Source of the DNA: Podarcis liolepis
Lineage: Eukaryota
NCBI GenBank assembly: GCA_965112155.1
Contig: OZ218100.1
Length of the DNA stretch: 64,000 nucleotides
Direction: 5' to 3' (one strand)
Numbering within the stretch: the first letter of the stretch is position 1; each line of letters begins with the position of its first letter. A model generated the notes under the pieces. That model did not search any database, was not told where the DNA came from, and was given only the letters and a program-made list of their open reading frames with translations. Below, piece by piece: positions 21,752 to 33,280 of the stretch. The position numbers and the translations under genes are program-made.

Positions 21752-23094
21752 GATTGGAGCCTACTGGAAGAAGCAGAGCTGTACCTCCCTAAGGCCTACT
21801 TAAGAGATTCCTAATTTTCTTCCACCCGTTGCATCAGAAGTTGCATTATATAAGGCATTAAAAAGGCTTTTAAGACATCATTTTGTGCCATCTTCTATGG
21901 GACTAACGTGGCGACAACACCCTGGTGCCTGATACACTTTGCAAAGTACTATGGAAATAATACTGTCTCTCGCTTAAAATCTCTCTTTTACAGGGCTGTA
22001 CCTTACTGAAATCTGTGCACAGCCAGGGGTTTGTTTACTTAGAAAAAGCAAGCTTTGAAAGGTCATGCATCCTCCTGGCCTCGTAAAGCCCTCTATGTGT
22101 CACCATTCACTTTCACAATCTGGTGAAGGATTAGGGGTTGTGAACTGTTTTGTTTTAAATCTGATACACTCAGCAGAACTCTTAGGCCCGCTTCTTCCAT
22201 TTAATTTTGTGATTCCGCAGTCCAAGAAGATCGTTGCTGCACCCCTCTTTTCCCTTGTTTTTGCTGCTGTCATTTTATTTTATTTTTCCCCAGTTCACTT
22301 TAAGACAGAGTTGAGGAACCATCTACTCCGACTCTATCAGCATGGCCAATGCTCAGATAAGATGGGGGTTGTCATTCAGCAACATTTGAGGGGGTCACAC
22401 AGGACCCCCACAACCCTGCCTCAGGGCAACCCTGGCACCACGGCCAGCTCCTCTTTACCCCCCACTATTAAATCCCAAACAGCTTTCCAAACTCAACAAA
22501 ACCTTGCCTCTTCCCAGCCCTCCCTTGCAGCAGCCACAGCAGAAATTAGACATGTAACCCCTTTGTAAAACGTCGAAAGCAAACACCTCTCTGCAAGCAG
22601 AAGCCGCAGATCTTTTGTAGCACACCCACCCAGTGAAATAATATATTTACATTCTTGAGAAAATCTGTTTAGAAAAAGCTCCCTGGTGATATTTGCATGG
22701 TGACCCTCAAGCAGCAGGAAAGATAAGATCAACATACAAACAGCATTAAACAGATGTTTTAATTAAAAGTTCCAACACTGTATCACATTGCTAAACCTGC
22801 ATCAGTTCCTCGTTTGTTTAACTCCAAGGTGTAGAAGTTTTACCGAGACAACTTGCAAGAGTAGTTTCTATGGATTATATCCAACATTCCAGTGAAATGA
22901 GGGGGCTTATATGCACATATTTCAATGGGTCTCGTTTGGGTATGATTTAGTTGGCTATCACCCTATGGTCTTATGGAAAAAGTCAGCTATTAGGCAATGG
23001 ATGGGGTGGGTTGATTATGCTGGTGTGAGAAGTAAGCTCTTAAACTGTGGAAATCTTCGGGATTTCTGCCCCATGGAACATTCTGAGCATCATC

Positions 23095-23325
23095 TTCCCC
23101 CAATCTGTCCAGATGTTGTTGGACTCCCAGCTCCCATCAGCCCCAGCCAGCATGGACAATGATCAGGGAACATAGTTCAGTTGGTAGAGCATGGGACTCT
23201 TAATCTCAGGGTTGTGGGTTTGAGCCCCATGTTGGGCAAAAGAATTCTGCATTGCAGGGAGTTGGACCAGATAACCCTTGTGATTCTTTTATCTATGATG
23301 GGAGTTGTTGTTCTATGACATCTAC
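23095..23325. mobile_element. Old hAT hairpin MITE interrupted by a tRNA-Lys SINE
   Basis: tccagatgttgttggactcccagctcccatcagccccagccagcatggacaatgatca[SINE]gatgggagttgttgttc...catct. Confidence 0.65.
23166..23299 (+). mobile_element. tRNA-Lys(CTT)-headed SINE with CR1 tail
   Basis: Head at 23166-23238 aligns to tRNA-Lys-CTT (ggtagagcatgggactCTTaatctcagggttgtgggtttgagccccatgttgggc). Tail ctgcattgcagggagttggaccagat...ctatgat. Confidence 0.9.
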
Positions 23326-23728
23326 TGTGAGTAGCATTTAAGAGAGCTGCAAATAGTCCAGGGAAGCTTTCGGTTCCATGCACGTTCCTTTTTTCATAAC
23401 AGGACAAAAACTTGCAGAACCTGTTTCCTAGAGGCATAACCGGAATGTGTGTACAAGTGACTTGCAAGAGTTCAAAGCCCTGCTTCATCTCTTCCAGAAA
23501 TGTACCCGTTGTCTGTCTCCACGGCCATTCCTAAATCAGTATTCTTCCCCAGATCTGCTACTGTAAATAGAGACACCCCTTCATTGACCCAGAGACTTCA
23601 GATCAAGTGTGGGGAAAACCTTTGCTCTCCCTTCGCCCCGTGTTGGTAGACTCCCATCAGCCCTAGCAGGCATCTCCATTGTGAGCACTTTGGGTTGCTT
23701 CTATTCTTGCAGAAGCTCACCCTATATG

Positions 23729-24215
23729 TGTCAGGAATGAGCCAGCTCCAAGCAAAGGTTTGCAGCCAAATGCAGAAAACAGCCAGGAACAGGGAGGCTT
23801 TGATGTTAGACAGACAGGGGAGAGCCGGCAGCTGCAGAATTCGGCTCTTCCTGACCTTGACGGGCTAGCTGATAAGTAGCTGGGAGCAGGCTAGAACACA
23901 GCCAAAGCTCTCCAGAAGCTGAAATGGGCTCGAATAGACAAGGAGACAGTTCATCGGAAAAGGAAGTGGTTGGCACTAATCCAATCTGTCCTAGGAGTCG
24001 GTAAATGGGAGGGCTTCAAGACAGGAAGCAAAACGAGACACAAGGGGCGTTGGTTCAATATATTCTGTAGATACTGAAGAAGGATCATTTTGAGTAATGA
24101 TGCCGGAGGCTTTGTTAGAGCCGTCCAGAGCTATCTGTTTGTTTTTGCAATAAATCCTCCTTTTTAATTATCTACGCTTACTGTGTTATCAAGCTGGGAA
24201 CCTGGCCTCCTGACA
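23729..24215 (+). mobile_element. Solo LTR (487 bp) of an LTR retrotransposon or ERV
   Basis: Perfect 8-bp terminal inverted repeat TGTCAGGA...TCCTGACA, perfect 5-bp TSD ATATG (23724-23728 / 24216-24220), and AATAAA at about 24149. Confidence 0.9.
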
Positions 24216-24227
24216 ATATGCTTCCTA

Positions 24228-24422
24228 GGCTGTGTATACATCATGCAGTTCAAGTACATTTCAAGCACACATTTTCCCCTCAAGAATCCTAGGAACTGTA
24301 GTTTCCCCCCTCACAGAGATGCAGTTCCCGGCACCCTTGACACACTATAGTTCCCAGTGTTCTTTGAGGGAAGGTGAAAATGTGATTTGAATGTTCCTGC
24401 AACGTAGGGTGCGTACACAGCC
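24228..24422. mobile_element. Palindromic MITE, PIF/Harbinger-like
   Basis: TIRs ggctgtgtatacatc / ggtgcgtacacagcc, with inner inverted blocks aagaatcctaggaactgtagt / actatagttcccagtgttctt. Confidence 0.6.
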
Positions 24423-26496
24423 ACAGTGCTTGGGAATCCTGACATCTTACCTGTTACATCGTAATAGCTCTCTTATTTCTAGATTAAGAGGCTAGAGCAA
24501 ATGCGTGGGCCATACGTATAGCTGCAAATATGCTGGTTGTGGATGCCCTTCCTGAACAACCAGGGAGGGTCCCGAGTTACCATGGTCCTTTAGAGTGTGA
24601 AATAACTCTGTTGTGGCACAGTTGCTAGCACAGCTCTGTTTTGTTCAAGGCTCCGCAACCACCAAATTACGTGAACTAGGTTTTATTGCCATGGCAATGC
24701 TTTGAGCAAGGAACACAATCTGAGAAAATGAAATGTGAAGCATTCCTTTTGCAACGTAATTCCAACAATTTGCCTTGCTGCAAATTGTGCCCTGACTCGG
24801 GGATAGATGCGGTGCCAGTTGCCAATGTTTGCTGTCACTTGGATGCATTATGTAGTGAGTTCACCTAGGTAGACATGGCCATGCTCAGACGTGTGCATTG
24901 TTCTTCCCAAATGGGACATGAATGCCTAGCCACAAAGGAAAACCTGATGATGATGATGTTAATGGCATTGTTCCTATCATGCCGTGGTAAGATCCAACAT
25001 GAGAGAAGTGTTTTGGTTTTTTTCTGGGGGAGGGGAGCCAAAACAGTGCAAGAAGACCCTAGGTACACCTCCATCTATGGGTAAGTGATCCTAAACATTT
25101 ATGGCGGAGAATTTCATATAGCGTTGCTAGTTTGGGTAACAGCCAGCTGGTGTGCATGATTTACAAGGCTCACAAAGCCCCTTAGCCACCCCACCTCATC
25201 AATGCCTCTTTGGCTATGAGGTGTTGCAAGTGGTTATCCTTTTCACCCTTGAAAAGTAGGTAGAACTGAAGGAGGAAATTGGAAGAGTGACAATCTTTCC
25301 CACTTCCTCTTTCACCTCCATGTGTTTTCCAAGGGTTGTTCTACCCAGATTCCTTGAGAGAGCAATACATGTGCACTCTTTCAGTCTGCTGTGCGTGGAG
25401 GGCAGAACTCAGTGAGGGGAGTGAGAAGAGAGGGTAGCACTCACACCACTCACTCAAAAATCAATATGCGCGCATGGGTCTAAAAAGATTAGTGACCCCT
25501 GATTTATAGCCCTGTCCCATCTTCCGTTCTCCCACCATCTCACACCCTGTCTGGTGGCAGCCAGTTTCATTATCTAATAAATCATCTCTCCCCACTCTTA
25601 GTCGTCAAGCCCTGCTTTTATCAAATAAGATTTAGAAATCCAGGCAGGTATATGTGAATAGTGGTTGGAGTATCCCTATGCCGGTGTTAAGTCTTTTCTT
25701 TAAAGCCTTAATGTGTGTGAAAGTGCTTTAGAGAACAATGAGCAACCTCTGTGGCAAAAATATCTCAATAAAAGGAAAATTGCCTGTTTAAATGCTTGGC
25801 TTCTTGGCTTCCAAGACATCATTCTCAATACCTAACCCTTCTTCAGATATCATCAGAAGTGATCTTTGCTTCCATTAAAAGCACTTGGCTTTGCTTCAGA
25901 GTGAATTTGTTTCGACATAAAATAGAGGCTTAAGGCATTAAAGGGAAGCTAAAAGTTACTCTGTGTGAGCCTGTTGTTTTATTTATTAAGCTTCTGACTT
26001 GGATAAATCCCATTGCTATTAATTTTACTTTGTGGTTTCTGATAACTAAGTACTCAGGTTTCAAGAAGACCAGCTATTCCATCAGTCTCACAAACAATTT
26101 TTAAGTTGGGGTGGGGTGAGGAGATTCTTAGGCCAGCCTTCAGCTAAACTCTCCGAAGGGAATATGATAAAATCATTTTTTTTATTTTAAAAAATCAGTA
26201 TAAAATTGCTCCCAAAATGGACACAAGGCAAAACAACAGCATAAATGATTAAGATAAAAATCCCCTCCCCACCCCTTGATTGCCACCAGTATTTGGCATC
26301 ACTGTGTAGCTGTCTGGGTGTCTGTCCTGAGCATTAAGTAGCTCATTATAATTTCCCACTGAGCCCCTTCACAACATCGATCTGGAGCATTGTGGGGAAT
26401 TTAAACAGCAGCCAGGTGCAGCCCCCTAGTGCTGCTTGGATTGTTGCTGTTCACCACTGCCAGGTAAGCCCATAGTTATAGTCAGTTGATTTATTT

Positions 26497-26586
26497 AGCC
26501 CGGTAGCACAGTTGGTTAGAGTGTGGTTCTGATAACGCCAAGGTTGCAGGTTTGAGCCCTGTGTGGGACATGAGCCTCTATGATTT
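26497..26586 (+). mobile_element. tRNA-Ile-derived SINE head (anticodon reads GAT) with vestigial tail
   Basis: gcccggtagcacagttggttagagtgtggttctGATaacgccaaggttgcaggtttgagccctgtgtgggaca aligns to tRNA-Ile. It is followed by ctctatgatt, resembling the end of the CR1 tail. Confidence 0.75.
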
Positions 26587-26618
26587 ACTGCATTTACCAC
26601 AAATATGTAGTGCTAAGA

Positions 26619-26782
26619 GGGACACGGGTGGCCCTGTGGGTTAAACCACAGAGCCTAGGACTTGCCGATCAGAAGGTTGGCAGTTCGAATCCCCGTGACG
26701 GGGTGAGCCAACCTAGCAGTTCGAAAGCACGTCAAAGTGCAAGTAGATAAATAGGTACCACTCCAGCGGGAAGGTAAACGGC
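26619..26782 (+). mobile_element. Sauria SINE, 3'-truncated, with a 26-bp internal deletion
   Basis: Colinear with the 7901 copy except that ggtgagc is joined directly to caacctagc. Confidence 0.9.
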
Positions 26783-27579
26783 AGATGAAAAGTGCAGTGT
26801 TCCCCACATCTGCTTAGAAGAAAAGTCCTGTTTGATTCGATGGGGCTTACTCCCTGGTATCTGGGGTTAGGACTGCAGCCAGGCCAAACAATCCAAATCT
26901 GTGATCCACCAGGGTGTTTGGGCAGAAGGGAAGTTTCACTCTGGGCTGGACTGACACTGGATCTTCTGGATCTTGAGCCAGCCCTGCTGTAATAACATGT
27001 TGGCAATGGGCTTGATCCAAGGCCTCTTTGCCTCTTTCCAAGTTGTGCATTATTTATCTCTGTATTTAACACGCAGTAATGCTGAGCCACCCGCTTGGAA
27101 TCGAAATGCTCATTGCATCTGCTGAGCCCACACCTCGTCCGCTAAAACGGTTGCATGATACTCACCTGTGGCAATTGGCCAAACTCGACTACAGCTGTCA
27201 TTCTCTATTATGGAGCTGGTCCATTTAGTGCAGAAGGATAAGTTTTTACTTTTGCACCTGGTGGCCAAACTTTTTTTAAAAAAAGAATGAAAGACAAAGC
27301 AAACTCAAGAGCACCTGGTGCCATTGCTGTAGGCCTGGAGCAAACTGTGCTGTGGCTTTTTAGTCTGAGCTCCATTGCACTCCACCGCTGTGTTAAATAT
27401 AGGATTCCTGGATTTTGCCTGATGTGGAAGCCCGGAGCAGTTAAGACTGCAACATGTTGTGCTTTCAAACTGTCTAAATTGATATGTAATAAGCATTGGA
27501 TTCTTTTCTAAAAGTGGTTTGCAAAGGCCCAGGAGTGGAGGTGGCAATGATGGAAAATGTTGACTGCCCAGGATATAGA

Positions 27580-27820
27580 TCAGTGTTGGGGAACCTCTGT
27601 CCTGGGGGCCTCCCAGGTCTCTATCTGACCTACACTAGGACACACCACTCTCTGGCCCTTCTCTGCACCCTCCACAAGAGCTTTTGCCTGGCTGGAGTGT
27701 TTCCTGGAACTGTGATAGTGCCTGGGGTGGAAGATGAATGGGTGTAGAAACCTCAGAATTTTGTGCAGCTAGGATATGGTACAAAGGGGAAGATTCATAT
27801 CCTTTGACTTCCTCCACCCA
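27580..27820. mobile_element. Degenerate hAT-like element fragment
   Basis: Starts cagtgttggggaacct, a hAT-type terminus. No clear second TIR. Confidence 0.35.
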
Positions 27821-27848
27821 TAAGATAGAAGAGCCCTGCCTGGCTGTG

Positions 27849-28415
27849 TGTTGTGGGATGTAATCCACTGGGAGCAGTCAAGTACAACATTCCTTGTTTT
27901 CCTAGAGTGGACATGCAAGGGAATGTTCCTGAAACTTCCTGTTCCTCCTGGTCTGGATCATCCTTCCTTGCATGTGACTAGTAGGTGGGCGTGACCTTAT
28001 CTGACTTAACAAAAGGTCCAGTCACACTGCCACTGCTCTCTCTTCAATCTTCCCTTTTGTCCTGCGAATTTCCTGTACTGCTGGCTGCTAGCCAAGCAGT
28101 CTCCCCAGGTTGTCCCCCATATGGGGCAAACCTGAAGCCTACCTTCAGGGACCACACTGTTCTCTGCAAGATAGTGAGTAAAACTATTCTTTGTTACTTA
28201 TGAATAAGACTGTGGTGTGTTTATTCTTTTAGGAGGGGTTCAGGAATATTAGTATATTAGAACATATCTCAGTCTGGACAAGCCAGATTGAATTGCTTAT
28301 TGTCTTAAGAAGCTCACATGAGTTTGCAACCAGCTTTTTGCTACGTAAGAAGGGGAATGCACTCTGCTAAGTGAAGGAACTTGCTAGCGCAAGTTAGGAA
28401 GGATATTCATAAACA
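27849..28415 (+). mobile_element. Possible solo LTR
   Basis: TGTT...AACA ends, GC-box-like gggcgtg, a CT-rich block, two small hairpins and AGTAAA. No TSD found. Confidence 0.35.
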
Positions 28416-28660
28416 ATACATCCTCTCCTGCCACCCTCAACATTCCCACATGTGTTACTTAGCAACCAGAGTCAGGTGGCTCCAGATGCTTTGGTAGGGC
28501 AAGGCACTTCACCTGGGCAGCTGGACAATCTGCAGGTCTTGGCAGGGAGGTGTGGCAGAGGCTTCATAGGGGCTAAGCTGAAAAATGTCAGCTCTCCAAG
28601 CCTCACATATCGGGTGACTGTTACTGTCAGTCCCTCACCCAAATTTCTCAGAAGCAGCTA

Positions 28661-29020
28661 CAGCAATGGTTCCCAACTGGGGGGTCCAGGTAACCCACCC
28701 AGGGGGTCCATGGCAATACCCACCAACTGGGACATCACATTTTGGGGAGCCATGCTGTCAAGTGGGAGCACAGCACCCAAAAACATGTGAGATCGTTGCA
28801 CCCCAAAGCAGGTGTTTTGGGGCACCTTGCTCTTGCGCTGGCTAAATGACTCAATCAAGAGCTTGGCCTGGTTTTGCACCGGGACATATTGGAAGGTATG
28901 GTGGCACCATTCACCTAACAAAAACTACTTCGGAGCTATCAGCATTTTCAAAAGTAGGGGGTCCATGGCTTGGCTTTTGAAAAAACAGGAGGTCCACAGT
29001 ACTTCGCTAATTGGGAACCA
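28661..29020. mobile_element. hAT-type non-autonomous element
   Basis: Ends tggttcccaa / ttgggaacca, with a subterminal ggggtcca repeat. The right end recurs at 38889-38946. Confidence 0.65.
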
Positions 29021-29666
29021 GAGAATGTGATGCATGGCCAAATCCCCATCTATTAATTGCATGCCCTGGTGCAAAGCCATCCATCCCAAAAAGAAATTTC
29101 TGTATCGTTCTGAGGATTCATGTTGGATTGGGCAAGTGATGTGAAACGTGGATTATTTCAGCCATGGGTAAGTGCCCTTCTTCTCGTTTGCACAGAGAGA
29201 TGTGAACATCAAAGAAAAGCTTTACAGTATGTGCCTATTCACTACACTTTTAAACACATCCTTTATTGCAAAAGGTAATAACAAACAGGCTTATCAGTCA
29301 CCCTGGCAACGTACAGCGAGATGATTGAAAAACTGCTGGTTGCTGTATGGAGTGTTCTCCCCGCCAACTCACTTGGAAAAGTAATAAATAAACCTATATT
29401 TCCCGTGAAATCTTACAGGACGAGCACTATTCTCTTGATAATACTAGGTAATCCAGGATTAGAAGGATTCATTAAGTGTTGTAGTGTAGTGGTTATTATT
29501 ATTACTTCGATGCATTTCATTTCTATACCGCTTTATATTTTTAAGGAAAAGTCTCAAAGCGGTTTACAACACATTAAAACATCAAATAAAACAACCCAGA
29601 ATAAAACATCCCTGAAGGAAGTCACAAATAAAGAATACATTCAAAGCAACATAATTAACAGGAAAC

Positions 29667-29683
29667 TATTATTATTGTTGTTG

Positions 29684-29726
<43 letters not shown>

Positions 29727-29845
29727 ACTTGTATACCACCCTATACCCGCAGGTCTCAGGGCGGTTCACAGGATAAAATCACAATATAAAAATACATAAT
29801 AAAAATAAAAACAAGAACAACCTAATCACACACACCCTTTAAAAG
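29667..29845 (-). mobile_element. LINE (L2-type) 3' end, second subfamily, with (TTA/TTG)n tract
   Basis: Tract at 29667-29724, then cttgtataccaccctatacccgcaggtctcagggcggttcacag. Similar to 33646-33695. Confidence 0.6.
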
Positions 29846-30512
29846 ATTTTGAAATAAAACATTACGTAGGAGATCGGCTGCAGAATGCATATTTAATGCA
29901 GGAAAGTTAACCAAGGTTAGCCAGTAGAGCTGCAAAATGGGATTCCTTGGCACTCTCTCAGCCATGAGATTGCCGAATAGTAAAGCCATACTCACCCACA
30001 GTCACATGCCTCACCTTTGGCATGGTAATAAAAGTTGGGCTATCACACAGGACCACTGCAGAGGTCATTGAGAATGCCTTCAACTCTACAAGGCAGGGGT
30101 AGCCAACACGGTGCCCTCCAGATATTGCGCACTGCAACTCAAATCAACCCCACCCAGCACTGCTAATGGTCAGGAATGTTGAGAGTGAATGAAAACATTT
30201 GAAAGGCACTGTGTTGACTTCCTTTGCTGTGTAGAGAGCATCATGTGCCCTGACTGAACTCATTATGAAGTTCTATCACCTTTCAGGGGTTGGTGGGGAG
30301 TGATGATACACACATGTTGCGTTCAGTGATGAATCAAGTCTATTCTGGGTGGGGGGTGGGGGGGGAACAGAAGCAGTTGGGGATGCCTTTTCATACTAAT
30401 GACCACATGCCTCCACCCAATAAGGCATTTGTTGGGTACATAGAAGATTTGGCACAAATCTTTATTTTTAAAATTTAAATTTAAAAAACTGCAAGAATTG
30501 AATTAGCCAATA

Positions 30513-30738
30513 CAGTGGCACCTCGGGTTACATACGCTTCAGGTTACAGACTCCACTAACCCAGAAATAGTGCTTCAGGTTAAGAACTTTGCATCAGGAT
30601 AAGAACAGAAATCGTGCTCCAGCAGCATGGCGGCAGCAGGAGGCCCCATTAGCTAAAGTGGTGCTTCAGGTTAAGAACAGTTTCAGGTTAAGAACGGACC
30701 TCCAGAACAAATTAAGAACTTAACCTGAGGTACCACTG
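30513..30738. mobile_element. Tc1/mariner (Tigger-like) MITE, family A
   Basis: TA TSD. TIRs cagtggcacctcgggtta / taacctgaggtaccactg. Internal ttcaggtta repeats. Confidence 0.95.
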
Positions 30739-32227
30739 TACATGAACAAATAATTGAAAATTCCCAACAAGTAAGATTTCATAAAGGAAGAGAGAAGTTA
30801 ATGAAGATAAGATTTTATTAGGGTAACTGGAATTGATTTGCAACCTTTGGAACAGCTTGTATTAATCAGCTTGTACACTTGGAAATATTAGCATTTTGAT
30901 TGGAACAAGGACGCTTTTTCTCTTGGCAGTTTGAAATGTTCATCTTATCTGCCCAATTACTTGGAGCCTTCTTGTTAATTATTGATTGTATGGTAGTGCA
31001 TAGAGCATTATATTGTTTCCATGTGGTTGTTTACAGCGGAGGTGACCTGTACTTAAGCAGTAAAACTGCAACGTATGGGTTGGAGGGGTATTGCTCCTGT
31101 ATAGCTGTTGTTACACTACATGATAAGCCCCTAAGTGCTGGTACAGCACGAATTCCAGGCATTTGCTCTGATTTTCTTTCTTCATATCATAGACTTCATT
31201 GTGATTGATTCACACTGTACATTCAAAAAGGTTAACCTGTTTTGACATTAGTGGTGCCTAGCATGGTAGATGCTCCTTATCCTGGACCAGGGATGGGAAC
31301 CTTTGGCGCTCCAGATTTTGCTAGACTACTACATCCTATCATCCCTGACCACTTTGTTGACTGGCTGTGTCTGATGGAAGTTGCAGTCCAACAGCATCCC
31401 AGCCCAAGTCTAAAGATATTGTGCAGGACATTCTGTTTCTTTCCCTGCAACAAAAAGTGGTGAATGGGTAGCATCCAGCTTTATTATTTATTTGGTTAAT
31501 TATTCATTTAAAAGACTCAGGATACAGCTTTTCAGAACATGGTTTACAGGCACTAAAATATATTGATAATGATCAGTAAAGTACAAAAATTAGAATCCCA
31601 TTGCTATCATTGGCATAGACTGAAACAGGCTGAAATCTGCATTGAATGCATAGCCCAACCATTCTACCACCACAGCCTACCTCACAAATTTAATCAACCC
31701 AAAGATTTGTACAATCCTTTTAAAAAGTATCCCTTTAGAGCTCCTTTAAAAGGTGTTGGCAGTGGGGCTTTCCTGAATTGCCCCAGAACTGAGTTCCATA
31801 AATGCCTGCTCATTAAAATAAGCATCCACAGCGGAACATTTAAATCCCATATAGCTCCATTTCTGGGGAGTATAAATTGACCTGAAAATGACCTCAATAA
31901 TAATGCTAACAATCCATAGTTATGCCATGTTTAGTGAGTACAAATAATCACCATTTTTAAGGCTGCCAGTTTTACTGGGTTTCAGTAGAATATTACTCAA
32001 CCAATTCATCATTGGAGGCAATTTCTAACCAGTCAGGTAAGGATTGAGAGCTAAGGGCAAACTGGTTTGCATGAAGCGCTATTTTGGTTTCGGTGTGTTA
32101 CCATCATCAGCTCACAAACTCTGTGATGCGGGCCTATATTGCTATGTAAGCACGGGCAGCGTTCAGGGTTGGTTAAAGGACACAACAGGGAAGACAACAG
32201 GCCCTGGCTGAGTTTGTGCTGTAAGGT

Positions 32228-32540
32228 GGGGCTCTTGCTTAATGATAAAGTGGGTGCTTGTGATCCTAATGGCCCCGTGTTCAAACTTTGGCATCTTCAA
32301 GTAGCACTGGGAAAGATGTCTTGTCTGGTATTGCAGAGAACTGCTAGTCAGTCTAAAGAAGGGTTGAGGAACCTGTTATAGTACTCATCAGCCCCAGTCA
32401 GCATGCCAGTAGTCAGGGATTTGTTGGCGGGGGTGGACAGGAGTTCTGCAGAAACATGCAGGGCCAGTTGTTCCCTACCTCCGGTGTAGACATTGCCTCT
32501 GAGCTAGATGGATCACTAAGGTGGCTTTATATGTTCATAT
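32228..32540 (+). mobile_element. tRNA-Ala-headed SINE interrupted by an old hAT MITE (about 32359-32483)
   Basis: ggcatcttcaagtagcactgggaaaga...gagaactgctagtcagtctaaa[MITE]gtgtagaca...ctgagctagatggatca. Confidence 0.55.
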
Positions 32541-32859
32541 CTGCAGCCATACCTCCTGTTCAGTCAAAGGTTAGGAGAGAGATGCCAGTGAAGTAGCAGG
32601 GCACCCATTCTGAATTCTTTTTGCCACCGCCTTGTAAGTCTTTGGTACAATATTTCCTAGGTGAGCATCACAAATGTGAATAGAAAAAAAAGAGGGGAAT
32701 GCATTTGCTGCCTCATAGCAATCCATCAGCCTGAAAAGCTCCTCCTTTTTCTGTCATTCATCTTCCTGACACTGAAGTCTCATTTTGAATCTGGCTGCAT
32801 CGTATGGACAGCCCTTGAAATAATATGTGCGAGAGCTTAGATGGATTGGCTGAAGGGGC

Positions 32860-32886
<27 letters not shown>
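32860..32886. repeat. (GT)n microsatellite
   Basis: Direct observation. Confidence 0.95.
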
Positions 32887-32890
<4 letters not shown>

Positions 32891-33206
32891 AGATTAAATG
32901 AAAAGAACATGTTGTCCAAAGCATAGAGTGGAAAGAGCAGACTCTATTTTCCCCGGGCGTCAAGTCTGAAGTTCTGTGTGGAACTGGCAACCATTTCAGT
33001 TGGCTCATCATTACGTATTCCTCTGGAATTCATTGTTGTCACCATCATCCTGATAGGTCCTGCTTGCTGTGAGCTGTATATGTTTATTTTGCACTTACGC
33101 TTAGGGAATTTGCAGGAAATCACCTTGCCTGGCTAAGTCATAAACACACCCCTATTTCTATTTTATGTTAGGAAGAATGAGACTACTTTAGGGAAACTGC
33201 TTTGTT

Positions 33207-33209
<3 letters not shown>

Positions 33210-33270
<61 letters not shown>

Positions 33271-33280
33271 AACACAAACA
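33210..33280. repeat. Compound (CT)n(CA)n microsatellite
   Basis: Direct observation. Confidence 0.95.

Noticed and set aside
23166-23238. Functional tRNA genes (Lys here, Asn at 2327, Ile at 26497)
   Set aside because: Acceptor stems are broken, CpGs have decayed in the T-loop (gtttga), and the heads run into a CR1-type tail rather than an oligo-T terminator. They are SINE heads.
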